In this document: piece by piece, positions 12,990-24,499 of the stretch
Layout of the letters: every line of letters starts with the position of its first letter
Numbering within the stretch: position 1 is the first letter of the stretch
Assembly (NCBI RefSeq): GCF_018350175.1
Contig: NC_058369.1
Coordinates: 1,366,001 to 1,426,000, forward strand
Origin: Felis catus
Lineage: Eukaryota
Length of the DNA: 60,000 nucleotides
Reading direction: 5' to 3'
Position numbers and translations under genes: made by a program
The notes under the pieces: model-generated
Database searches by the model: none
Told to the model about the DNA's origin: nothing
The model's input: only the letters and a program-made list of their open reading frames with translations

Positions 12990-13175
12990 TCTTAGCAACT
13001 TATCGTTTGCCGTCCTTTCTGGAACGTAAGCTCTATGAGGACAGGGATTTCCATCCGCGGTCCCGTCGTGGCTGCTCTGTTCCCAGCGCCTGGAAGAGGC
13101 GCCACCACGTGGTAGATGCTTAAGAAACACTCGGTGAATAAAGTAGATGAGCAAAGAGACGAGTAGATGAATGAA
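12990..13175 (+). mobile_element. L2 3' end
   Basis: gtaagctctatgaggacaggga..cccagcgcctggaa..gtagatgct..tgaatgaa. Confidence 0.7.
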
Positions 13176-14272
13176 GGGTTACGGGCAAGGAGGGGAAGTG
13201 GGGGGAAGTTTTCCCTTCCGGCTGCGTGGGAGTGGAAGGTAAGTCCTAGATGGAATGACGAACCATCCCTGTTTGCCCAGAACTGAGGGGTCCCCCGGGT
13301 TTCCGGAGCCAAGACTGGGCAAACGGGGTTGTGGGTCACCCTACAAACCGCCGTCACAGTACCGACAGCAGTGCTGATGGCAAATCGTGTGCCAGGCACT
13401 GTTCTAGCATTTTCTATGGTAACTGACTCAACCCTCTCGAACACCCCGAGGCACGGACTGCTGGCATCGGCTGCTCAAATGAGGAGACCCGCAGAGGTTG
13501 AGAGACTCACTCAAAGTCACCCTGCAGGGAAGGGGGGGCGGGATTGGAATTCTGTGGGCGTAAGGCAAGTATAAAGCATAGTCTGGGACCCCACCTTGGC
13601 TGCGGAGCCCAGGAACGTTCTGGAGGAAGCGAGCAGAGAACAAGACTGATGGCAGAGGCAGGAGTCTTAGGAAGATTCCAAGCCAGGGAACAGCACTTGC
13701 TGATGGCCGTGGGCCAAGGTCACACTCCTTCAGGGCTTGCCTTGACATCCCTCAGCCAGTGGGGGGTGGGCAGGGGAGGGGTGGACGGAAGCAGCTGTGA
13801 GTAGGCACTCCCTGGTTGGCTGCTGGACAGGGTGTGAGAGGTCCCTGGGGGTCTCTGGGCAGAAAGGACAGGATGGAGGGAGTGGGAGGCAGAAAGGGAG
13901 GGAGGGTGTTTCCTGAGACGTGCCCTCTGGGATGGAGGCTGAAAATAGCCTGAGGGCCCTGGAGCCCAGGGTGACTGGCCCTCCTTGGGAGGACAAGGGG
14001 TGCATCTGGGCTTTGGGCTTCTCAGGCTGGGGACCCTAACCCTTATCTCCAGGGCTGGCAGGTGTCCTCAGCTCACGAAGCTGGAGTCCAGGCTGGCTGC
14101 GTGATCCTTGGGAGGTTTGTCCCTGTCTGAGCCCAACTTTCCTGTTGCCTGGGTGACCCTCTGGCCTCCTCACTCCTCTTATTCATTCTTCTTTTGCCCC
14201 CCCCCCCCGCCCCAATCTTCCAGTGTGCTAGCAGAGCAACCGGGAGAATCTGGTTTTAAAAAGCGTTTTATT

Positions 14273-14490
14273 GGGGCGCCTGGGGGGCTCAGTCGGTTGA
14301 GCGTCCGACTTCGGCTCAGGTCATGATCTCACGGTTCGTATGTTCCAGCCCCGCGTCGGGCTCTGTGCTAACAGCTCAGAGCCTGGAGCCTGCTTCGGAT
14401 TCTCTGTCTCCCCCTCTCTCTCGGCCCCTCCCCCGCTGGTGCTCAGTCTCTCTCTCTCAATAAAAAAAAAAAAACATTAAAAAATAAAAA
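14273..14490 (+). mobile_element. Can-SINE, full length
   Basis: Near-consensus. Confidence 0.95.
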
Positions 14491-14932
14491 AGTTTATTGA
14501 TAGACATATAAAAAGCGCATGATGGCTACTTTTTCACAGGTGAATGTCCCTGTGTAACTCCTCTGGCCACCCCCCTCGCCCAGGGGTAACCACTGTCCAG
14601 ACTTCTAATGCCCTCGGTGAGTTGGCCTTGGTCTAGAGCTCCCAACAGCTTGTCTTTCGGACCCTGCCTCTCTCCCTCCACATCGCCCCTGAGAAGCCCC
14701 TACGGGGGTGTGGGCACTGCCGTGCCGCACTCCTGCCAGAGCTCCATCTTTCCACCTGTGTGACACTGGGCAGGTCACTGCACCTCCCTGACGTCAGGCG
14801 CCTCACCTGGGAAGAGCAGACACCATCACCCGCCCTCCTGGGGGGCTGTGACACTTAAGGGACATAGCGAAAAGGCAGAGGCGGTTGGCTCCTTGGCCAG
14901 CACATGCCAGGTGCTCAGTTATCACAAGTGTC

Positions 14933-15610
14933 TGTGTTAGTGAGGGCTCTCCAGCCAAGCAGAGAATGTCTGTGTGTGTATATTTACACACACATATAGG
15001 GAAATATAGGTGTGTAGATGTACTGTGTACATATACAATATGCAATGCACATATGCACGTTTTTGCAATACATGTATATACACATGCATCTAAACATGTA
15101 CAACAGGTGCATAATACAATATATACAATACATATATACACACATATATATAGGTATACACAGCTAACATACACGTGCATATAGTATGCTCGTCTGTATG
15201 CATATATAATACATACACGCACACACACACACACGCACCTGTAAATAGACTTACTTACACATATACTACATGCATATACGTACACACATAAACGCATAGG
15301 TGTGCATATGCTCAGTGTATGTACACGTTATAGATCCATACGAACTTTTAGTTTAGGGAATTGGGTGACGGGACTCGGAGGTGGGGCTGGCAAGTCACAA
15401 ATCTCCAGGGCGGGCCCCCCAGGCTGGAACCTCAGGGAGGGCTGATGTTGCAACTGGAGTCTGAAGACTACTGCAGACAGACGTCCCTCCTTGTGGGGAA
15501 GTTACTTATTTCCTCCTAAAGACCTTCACCTGATTGGACGGGGCCCACCCACGCCATGGCGGGTAACCACGTCCTTTACCTAAAGTCCACCGATTTGAAA
15601 AGTAGCTCCT
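14933..15610. mobile_element. MLT2-like (ERVL) solo LTR containing an expanded degenerate (CA/TA) tract (~14965-15340)
   Basis: tgtgttagtgagggctctccag..; ggctggcaagtc..gatgttgca..ccttcacctgattggacggggcccacccac..aaagtccaccgatttg. Confidence 0.8.
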
Positions 15611-16163
15611 GGCCGCATGTGGAGTACTGTAGTGGACGCAGGAGATTAGGCACGCTCTTGGGTGATCCTCTCGGAAAGCGCAGCTCCCTGCGGGCAGGGC
15701 ATTTCCCCCTGGTCACTAACGAGTGTCCAGGCCCCGCGCCCAGCGGGTACTCAACAAGCTGCATTCTTGCTGGGCGAGTCGGGTGCTCCGAGCGGCGAGC
15801 GGTGGCGGCGGCGGCGGCCTGGAGGCCGACCCTCCTGCTTAACCAGGAATTACGGCTTGACTGCCGGCGCGGGGGGCGGGCCCCATTCCTCCAGGGGCGG
15901 GGCTCGAACCTGTCATCCCACACGCGCGGGGTCTCCCCGGGTCCCCGCGTCGGGCTGGCGTGGGTAGCCGAGGGCAGCCGAGGACGTGCGTGCGTGCGTG
16001 CGTGCGGGCGAGCCCACGGGGCGGGGCTGCGGGGGGGCCGCCCGCGGCGCGGCGGGCGGGGCAGCGGGCGCGCGCCGCCTCCTCGCGCCGGGCCCCCCCC
16101 GCGCGCGCGCGGCGAATGGTTCGGCCCGGCCCCCGGCTCATTGTGCTCGCTTCACGCCGGCCC

Positions 16164-16174
16164 AAGATGGCGGC
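16164..16174 (+). promoter_or_regulatory. YY1 motif AAGATGGCGGC near the presumed TSS
   Basis: Exact match to the canonical YY1 consensus that typically lies just downstream of CpG-island TSSs. Confidence 0.65.
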
Positions 16175-16233
16175 GGCGCTGGAGGCCCCGGGCCTGTGAC
16201 CACAAAGAGGAGCCGGGGGCCGGACGGGGAGCG

Positions 16234-16260
16234 CGGCGGCGGCGGCGGCGGCGGCGGCGG
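16234..16260 (+). repeat. (CGG)9 trinucleotide repeat in the presumed 5' UTR
   Basis: Read directly. Confidence 0.9.
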
Positions 16261-16376
16261 CCGAGGCCCAGGCCGGGCCCCCCCCCTCCCCTCAGCCTCC
16301 CGCCCTCCCGCCCTCCTCCGCCCGCCGCCCCGCCCCCGCCGGCGGCGCCGCGCCCCTCCCCCAACCGCCCGACTAG

Positions 16377-16712
<336 letters not shown>

Positions 16713-17427
16713 TGACACCGGGGTTTCCTTCTGTTTGGGGTAGTTTATTTTTTGCGCTGTCAGTGTGCCCGGCTGTTCCGTTTGGGGGATGCCCTGTCTT
16801 CCCTCCGGGCCGGGTTTTCTAGTCCCCCTGCTCTCGAGTGGGTGGGCTGGCCGGACCCTTGCAAACGGGACGTCCCGGCTCCCCGGTCCCGGGTGGGTGG
16901 GCCGGCCGGACCTGGGGCACGAGACACGCTGTCCCCCGGTGCCGAGTGACCCTTGGAAGATGACAGGCCGAGCGGAAATTTACCAAGGCGGCCGCGGGGC
17001 GCCGGGGCGCGGGGTGGGCGGCGTGGCGCGGTGTCCGCGGCCCCGGGGCGGCTCGGGCCGGGCAGTGTGCCGTTGGGCGGGGGGGCGCGGCGGGCCCCCC
17101 GGGCGGGCGGCGTGGGGGCGCCCTTTGGCGCGAACGCCTCGCGGGGAGACAGGGCCTCCGGGGGACCCGGCGGGGAAGCCCGCGCGCCCCGCCCCTCACG
17201 CGCGCTCCGTGTGTGTCAGTTTTTGGAAACGTCGCGGCCAGGGGCGGGGTCGGAGCGCTGGGACCGCCCGGGAGCGGGTGTTGGCTCCCGGCCCCGGGTG
17301 CTCCGCGGTCGTAGGGTTTCGCGGTTGCCAGCCCGCCGCGCGCGCTCCGGAGCTTTCTATTTTTGCTTATCCTGCGGCCGGAGGCGGGGTCGAGCCCGGG
17401 CTCCGGCTTTTCCGGCTGGCAGCGCCC

Positions 17428-17430
<3 letters not shown>

Positions 17431-17472
<42 letters not shown>
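17431..17472. repeat. (TG)21 microsatellite, intron 1
   Basis: Read directly. Confidence 0.97.
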
Positions 17473-17475
<3 letters not shown>

Positions 17476-19741
17476 GTCCGTCCGGGCCGGCGGCCCGAGC
17501 AGTGGGGCAGGGCGGGGAGACGTCCAAGGTGACGACGCGCGAGCGGGGAGAACCTTCAAAACTCCAACCGTCGCTCGGGCCTCCGCCTCTCTCGGCCCTT
17601 GTGACAGCGCTCGGCATGCACCAGTTGGCTGGCCAGCGCGTTCTTTGAAACGGGACTGGTTTTTACCCGCAGTGGCTCCCACGTACTACGGCCGCTCTCT
17701 TTAGCACAGCGCAGCTCTGGGGGTTTTGACGGATCCCTCGCCCCTCGGCCTTCCCTTCTGCTGCTCCTTCGCTGCCAACTCGCCCCTTTCCTCCTGGCCG
17801 CCACTAATCTCCTGTCTATCCCTGCAGTTTTGCCTTTTCCAGGAAGTTAGATAAGTGGATTCTAGCCGCTTTCTCTCAGCCGAGCATTTCTGAGACTTAA
17901 TCCACGTTGCTGTGGGTATCCGAAGTCACGCCTTTTTCTTGCCATGTCGTATTCCGTGTTTTCCTTTCCCCCTTGGCAGGCGGGTGCCGGGACGCGGGGG
18001 ATGTTTCCTGGTGGCGGGGGTGGTTACGAATAAAGCTGCTATGAACGTGTGGGGGCAGGTTTCTACCTGAAGTTGAGTTTTCCCCTTGGGAAGTATTGGG
18101 GAGTGGGGGGGGGGGGCGCTCTGCTGTGTTTGACACTCGCACATCTTACAGATGGGTATTCTTGAGTATTGGCAGAGTGAGGAAATTCACTGCGGGCCAC
18201 TCTCCAGGCATTTGATACTACGGTGAAAGCTCATCCGGAGACAGTCACGATGTCCCCACCGCTGTCTTTTATTTGGAGCGGAGCAAGGCCACAGCGATTC
18301 GTACCTGATGTAAATAGGCCCTTCTGTGTTGGGCCTGGCAGGACCTGGCTTCCCAGTGGTGGGTGGTTCTGAACTGCAGAGCCTCTTTCCCTCACTGGCC
18401 TCGACCTCGTTTGGCAGGGGACAGGGTTGTGCTGCCCGCCTGGCCCGGCGCTCTGCCTGACGTGAGCAGGCCCGTTCCTGGCATAGTTGTGCCACTGCCG
18501 GGCCAGCGGGCAGGAGGGCCCAGTGAAATCCTGCAGTGGCCCGCAGCAGCTCGCTTGTCACCGCTTTGTAGTGATGCCTGCGGCCTTTCCGCACCCCTAC
18601 TGAGGGATTGTGCTTTCTCGTGGGAAGGGGGAGGCGGTACCTTTGGAAGGGTTCATACTCTGTGACGGCTCGATGATGAATGTTAGGAAAATGGACCGGT
18701 TGGTGAGTTAACTTTCCAGAAGGTCACGTTACTCATCTGACCGCATGTGTGAGATGACGGGGCTTATTTGTTCACTGATTTCCCCGTTCTGCAAGCACCT
18801 GCTGGGGACGCAGAGGGCACTGGGCAGTGTTCTGCTCCAGAAACCTACAAACGCAGGGAGGTAGGTGACTCATACGCACAGAGGTGCACTTATGGTCCGA
18901 CTTAGTCCTAGAGGGCAGGGCTGCTGGTTTCACCCTGGGGGGAGGTGTGGGTGGCTTCCCGGAGGCGGTGGCCGGGCATCTGGAGGAGGAAGTGTCAACA
19001 GCCACAGCCACCCACACTGGGAATGTCCAGTCTCAGAAACGGGTTTTTGGGGAAATTGACAAGGGGGAGGGGCAGGCTGAGTTTTGTTCCTTCCGGGACT
19101 CGGAGTTCTGGGATACCCGCCTGCTGCTCACGGTGGCCCTGCTTTTGGTGAGAAAACCAGGTCTCCACCGGAGGGGAGTTTGTGGTATTTTTGGTTGCCT
19201 GGTGGCAGGGTGTGGAGTGGCCCTTCCCCTCCTTGACTTATTAAGCCTGTGGGCGGGGGAGCGGCCCCAGCGTGACTGTCCCCGCCTTCAGCTTCCTCCG
19301 CGGGAGCCCACGACTTGTCTGACGAATGCCCTCCAGCAGTCATGCCCTTTCAGCGGGGCTGTGAGTAGTAGCTGAAGTGGGCGGGCAGAGTGAGCCATCC
19401 TTCCCTGTGACTCAGAAAATATTTTCTGACACTGACCTCGCTGGTGTGAGCCTTTTGCCTAATCCACACTCAGGTGGAAGGCAGATTAACCCTTAGATAA
19501 CTTCGTGTGGGTGGAGTAGCCACTTTAAAGGGGGGGAGGGATAATCGGGAAAGGGCTGAATTTCCTATGTGGTCCCTGAGGTCCAAACGCCTGCTGGTGC
19601 TCTGTTCCCCATGGGTGGGAGCCAGAGGGAGCTGGGAACTTCAGGGGTTCTCCAGGGAGGCGGTGGCAGAGCTTCAGGGGACCTGCCTGCCCACTCTACC
19701 CTCCCTCTGGGAGCTCTGTCCTTTTTGTCCTTAAACTTTCA

Positions 19742-19967
19742 TTTTTTAATATTTAATTTAATTTAATTTAATTTAATTTAATTTAATGTTTATTTTTGAG
19801 ACAGAGCATGAACAGGGGAGGAGCAGAGAGGGAGACACAGGATCCGAAGCGGGCTCCAGGCTCTGAGCTGTCCGCACAGAGCCCAACACGGGGCTCGAGC
19901 CCTCAAACTGTGAGATCATGACCTGAGCCAAAGTCGGACACTCAACCGACCAAGCCACCCAGGCGCC
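19742..19967 (-). mobile_element. Can-SINE with (ATTTA)n tail
   Basis: Reverse-complement consensus. Confidence 0.93.
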
Positions 19968-20153
19968 TCTGTTCTTAAACTTTTAATTTCGAGATAATCG
20001 TGGATTCACTGGAAGCCATAAGAAATAACAGAGACATTCCACGTTCTTAAACCCAGCTTCCCCCAGTGGTGGCATCTTACAACCAGTGAGGAGAACGATC
20101 GTATCGTTGAGATTGGTACAATCCAGATACAAAGCGTTTTGGGGTCCTCTTTT

Positions 20154-20341
20154 CTTTAGGAGTTTTTTCTTTTTTTTTAGTGAGTGAGTGGGGGAGAGAG
20201 GCAGAGGGAGAGAGAGAATCTTAAACAGGCTCAGTGCAGCACAGAGCCCTGTATGTGGGGCTCAATTCCACGACCCTGGGATCGCGACCTGAGCTGCAAC
20301 CAAGAGTCAGGTGCTCAACTGACTGAGCCACCCAGGCGCCC
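20154..20341 (-). mobile_element. Can-SINE with TSD gggtcctctttt
   Basis: Direct repeat at 20142-20153 and 20343-20354. Confidence 0.88.
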
Positions 20342-21414
20342 AGGGTCCTCTTTTGAATGCCGGGACCTGCGGGCTGCCACCGGTCTGCAGCTGGGAGTGA
20401 GCGGGTCTTGGGCCCCATGCCTCTCTCCTGGGAAACTTCTTCCTCTGCCTGATGCCCCTGCAATTGTGTCTTCGTCTCCCCAGCTGTGGGAATAACGTTC
20501 CTGCTTCCTTTTTCTCAGGGTTGTACTTCCAGAAGCCTCTCCCTTGCCTTCTCTGTCCCCTCGAGCTGTCCCTACCAATTCCACAGCGTGTCTCCTGCTA
20601 GCGCCGGCCCATGGCATTGATTCTGTTTGCCGAGGACCTGCCGCATTTTGGGGGGTGCCGGGGTGCGTCTGCCGCTCTGCAGCCCACATGTGGCTCTGGT
20701 GTGCCCCTCAGTTCCCTGCACGCCCCTTGCTGTTCCTCTGCCCCGTGCTCTTCTCCCGGACCAGATTCTCTCTTCTCCCCTACCTGCATCCCCTGGGCAC
20801 CTCGCAGGCCCTCTCCCCTGCGTTGGACCAGCCCCTCTTCTGGTGCACAGCACCCGGGGCGCTGCTAGCGGGAGTCGGGAGGTCAGGGGCTCTGGCCTTT
20901 ATCGTGCAGTCTCCCTAAGCCCCAGTTTCCTCATTCTGGAGAGGCTTCAGCCTGAATTCCCTTCAGTTAGTCACGGGGGTGCGTGGGCTAGTGCACAGAG
21001 AGCATTAAATTCACTCCAGGTGCAAGCGGGGGTGAGCGTTCGTGGATGTTCACTCTGATAATACTTCTATCATTTAAAAACCCGAAGCTTCTGTTTAGGA
21101 GTTGGGGAACAGGGCTTCCGGGGCTTTGTGGTGGGGCTGGGGCGGTGGGGGGCTGTGACCTGCGGGACCACAGGAGCTCCGGAGGGCTCGGGCTGCTCTG
21201 GCTGGCTGTTTTGCAGGGACGTGTTTAAAGTGGTTCACGGGGTTCTGTTTCCCTGGTCTCCCTGTGGCTCACTGTGGGTGGATCTGCTCTCCCATGAAGG
21301 GGCGGGCACAGGAGGCCAGGCTGGATGGGGAGGGACACAGGAGGGACCAGGATGACAGTTGGGGGTGGGGGGGTGGGGTTCAGGGGCAGTGCTGGGTCTT
21401 GTGGTTTTTGTTCA

Positions 21415-21960
21415 TCAGTAACGGCTTTATTGCAATATAATGCACACGCTGTACCATCTATCTATCTAAAGTACAATTCCACGGATTTTAGTCCATTCAC
21501 GGGTTGGTACAGTTACCACCTCTAATTCCAGAACATTCCATCACCCCAAAAGGAAACCTTCGCCCACAACAGCCACCCCCCCGGCACCCCACCCACCCCA
21601 CCCAGCTCCTGACACCCATGAACCCTCTTCCTGTTCATGGATGAGCCTGTTCTGGATGTTTCACAAATGTGGACTCACACCCCGCGTGGCCTCTAGTTTC
21701 TGGTTCTCTCCCTTAGCGTTGTGTGATCAGGGTCCGTCCGCGGGGCGGCGGGTGTGGGCGCCTTGTTCCTGCTTGCGGTCGTCGGACGTGCGCGTGCACG
21801 GCGGGCACGCTCATCTGTGGACGTGCGCGTGCACAGCGGACCCGTCGTATGTTCTGGGTTCGTCTGTCGGGCAGCGGGTGTGGGCTCCTCGCTCCTGCTC
21901 GCGGCCGAGGGACGTTCCCCTACGTGGATGGACCAGGTCATGGGATCTTGGGGCACCAGG
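21415..21960 (-). mobile_element. GC-shifted antisense L1MB-like 3' UTR with internal partial duplication
   Basis: ggctttattgcaatataa..aattccagaacatt..tcaccccaaaaggaaacc..cctgttctggatgtttcac. Confidence 0.7.
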
Positions 21961-23712
21961 TGGCCAGCGGCTGCTGCTGGGATGGCAGAGCTCTAGACTC
22001 CCCTGCCTTGTGGGGGCTCCTTCCTCCGGACCCCCTGGTCACTGGGGTCCGCAGAGCACGGCGTGCGGGGCTGTATGGGACCGAGTTTGCGCAGGGGTAA
22101 GCTGTGATGGGCCCGGCCCGGCCCTCTGGCCTGCTTGCTCAGTAGGGTGGGCGTCCCTGATGCCGTGCTTGGCTCCTGGGACCGCCCGAGCTCTCCTCAC
22201 GCCCTCCGGGTTTTTCACCCTTCTCTCCTCCAGCTGGACTCAGGCCTCGTGGCACCCCTGTGGCTCTTCTTCCCACGGAGACTCGAGGGGCTCAAATGTT
22301 AACTAGTCCACCGGAGCCGCTCTTCGCGATGGTTTGCCGAGGGCCACGCAGCAGGCCTGGCGCACTGCTGGGAGGGTGTCCGGTGGGACTCCCTTGCCCC
22401 CTGGAGCTGGGGCTGCCGGGGTGGTGGGCAGGGTGCTTTTGGACGTGGCCCTGGCCTCTGAGCACCCTCGTCCGTCGCAAGGCCTGTACAGGTCAGCGCT
22501 GGCGCCGGGAAGGGGGTGCGGTGGAGGCGGTGGCAGGGGGCCGCGCCCTCCCTCCCTGCGAGTCTCAGAGCAGAGGCCTTCCCTGAGAGCGCCTGGCCCA
22601 GCACCCTCCTCCCTGGAGGGAGGTTACCTGAGCAGCATCAGCTGCCCCCATTCTGGCCCCTTTTGCAGCGTGATGTTACTCCGGGGGCCACGTTAAGTTT
22701 AGTCCTTAAAACTAGCGAAGCTCCAAAGCCGTGACGAGCAGCCTTGACGTTTTGCGCGGCTCCTGGAGGTGCGTTGGCCGCTCTCGGCGGGTGCCGTGCT
22801 TCCCCGCGGGGTAGTGGCTTGTCCCCTCACTCGGCTCCAGATCTGGCACTCCCCACGCGGGTGCCCCCGTGTGGCCATAGTCACCGTGTGGGTCTTTCAG
22901 AACAGACGTTTCTCTCCCCGCGCCGCCTCCCGCCACGGACGTACGGCAGGCCCAGAGCCCCAGCGGTCTCCGTTGCTGCGTAGACGCCAGGGCTGTGAGC
23001 CGCGGGGCTGCCTTCCCTGCGCAGCTCTCTGTGTGGGCGTGTGGTGTCTGAAGACCCAGCCAGTTGAGGGCAGAGGAGAAGGACCGGCGTGACTAGGAGG
23101 AGGGCTTTCCAGCACAGGCTCCAGTTCACAGACCAGGGAGCCGCGCCGACATGCCCCCCACCCCCCCAGGTCCTGTCCTTCCTGACTGCAGGCCTTCCAG
23201 CAGGAGGGCTCCGTGCTTGGTTCAGTGCGGACGGCTGACCACGTTTGAACAGGGGTGCCCTCGCCGGCCTGATTGGCTGTCTTTGCCCAGGCCCGAGGCA
23301 GCCTGCCCTGGTCCCCTGCCCCACTCTGCACTTTGGCCTGACGATAAGCGTGAGCCAGAGACCCGCCCCTTGCTCCCCTCCCGGAGCCTCACCAGTAGCT
23401 GCCCCCCACCTCCGGGGGGTGGGCGACGGGGCTCCCAGGGTCTTCTGCTGCTCTGAGTCCTGACCCTCTCCTGGCTGATCTCCAGGGTTGGCTAATACTC
23501 TCCTACCCCAGCCGTGTTCCCGTTGTCTTTGCTCTCATCTGTAGGTGTGGACTCTTGTTTGAGTTCCTCTTATTCTGAGCTGGTAAAAGTGCTTTTGTGA
23601 TTCTTGAATTGGTCATGGGAGGACAAACCACAAGTTAATTGCTTTTGCTCCTGTCCGGTGATCTTAAGCAGGAGCTCAGACTGAAGTGGTGCTCTTTGTT
23701 TTAAAGTGTCAA

Positions 23713-23950
23713 GGGGGCACCTGGGGGGCTCAGTCGGTTGAGCCTCCGACTTCGGCCGGGGTCATGAGCTCGCGGTTCGCGAGTTCAAGCCCCATGTCGG
23801 GCTCTGTGCCGACAGCTCGGAGCCTGGAGCCTGCTTCGGATTCTGTGTCTCCCTCTCTCTCTGCCCCTCCCCTGCTCACGCTCTGTCTTTCAAAGATGAA
23901 TAAAAGTTAAAAATTTTTTTTTAAATAAATAAAAAATATTAAAAAAATAA
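23713..23950 (+). mobile_element. Can-SINE, full length
   Basis: Consensus head, CT tract, A tail. Confidence 0.94.
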
Positions 23951-24267
23951 AGTGGTCAAGAATGAGCATTCATTTTGTCACAGGACCTTCTCTGCTCAAG
24001 TGGATGGGCCTGTCAAAGGGAAGCTTCTGGATAAAATTTAAGGTGACTATTAAAATAGCAAATCGTCCACACTGAGTTTTAAGATGTTTAAACAGATTCA
24101 GACTGTGATATGTTCCTTAATGTGAGTGTTATGTTACATGTTTTTCTTATTTTTGTGTTGAGGAATATAGAATTTTAGCTGGGGAAAGGTACCGTGAAGT
24201 TCATGGAATCATTAACATGTGCAAAAGATTTCAAGTATGCTATATTTTTTTTAAAGGTTAAAAAAAA

Positions 24268-24499
24268 CTTTTTAATGTTTACATTTATTTTTGAGAGAGA
24301 AAGAGAGAGAGAGAATGCGCGTGCGAGAGAGCATGAGCGGGGGAGGGGCAGAGACAGAGGGAGACACAGAATCCCAAGCAGGCTCCAGGCTCCGAGCTGC
24401 CGGCACAGAGCCCGACGCGGGGCTCGAACTCGCGAACCGTGAGATCATGAGCTGGGCCGAAGTCTTACACTTAAGCGACGGAGCCGCCCAAGTGCCCCC
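24268..24499 (-). mobile_element. Can-SINE
   Basis: Reverse-complement consensus. Confidence 0.93.

Noticed and set aside
14803..15297. Cys/Val/Tyr-rich ORFs
   Set aside because: Translation of the degenerate CA/TA microsatellite
1..15500. First exon of AP3D1, the divergent upstream neighbour of DOT1L in human
   Set aside because: No second CpG island and no matching N-terminal peptide in this interval; it presumably lies outside the window
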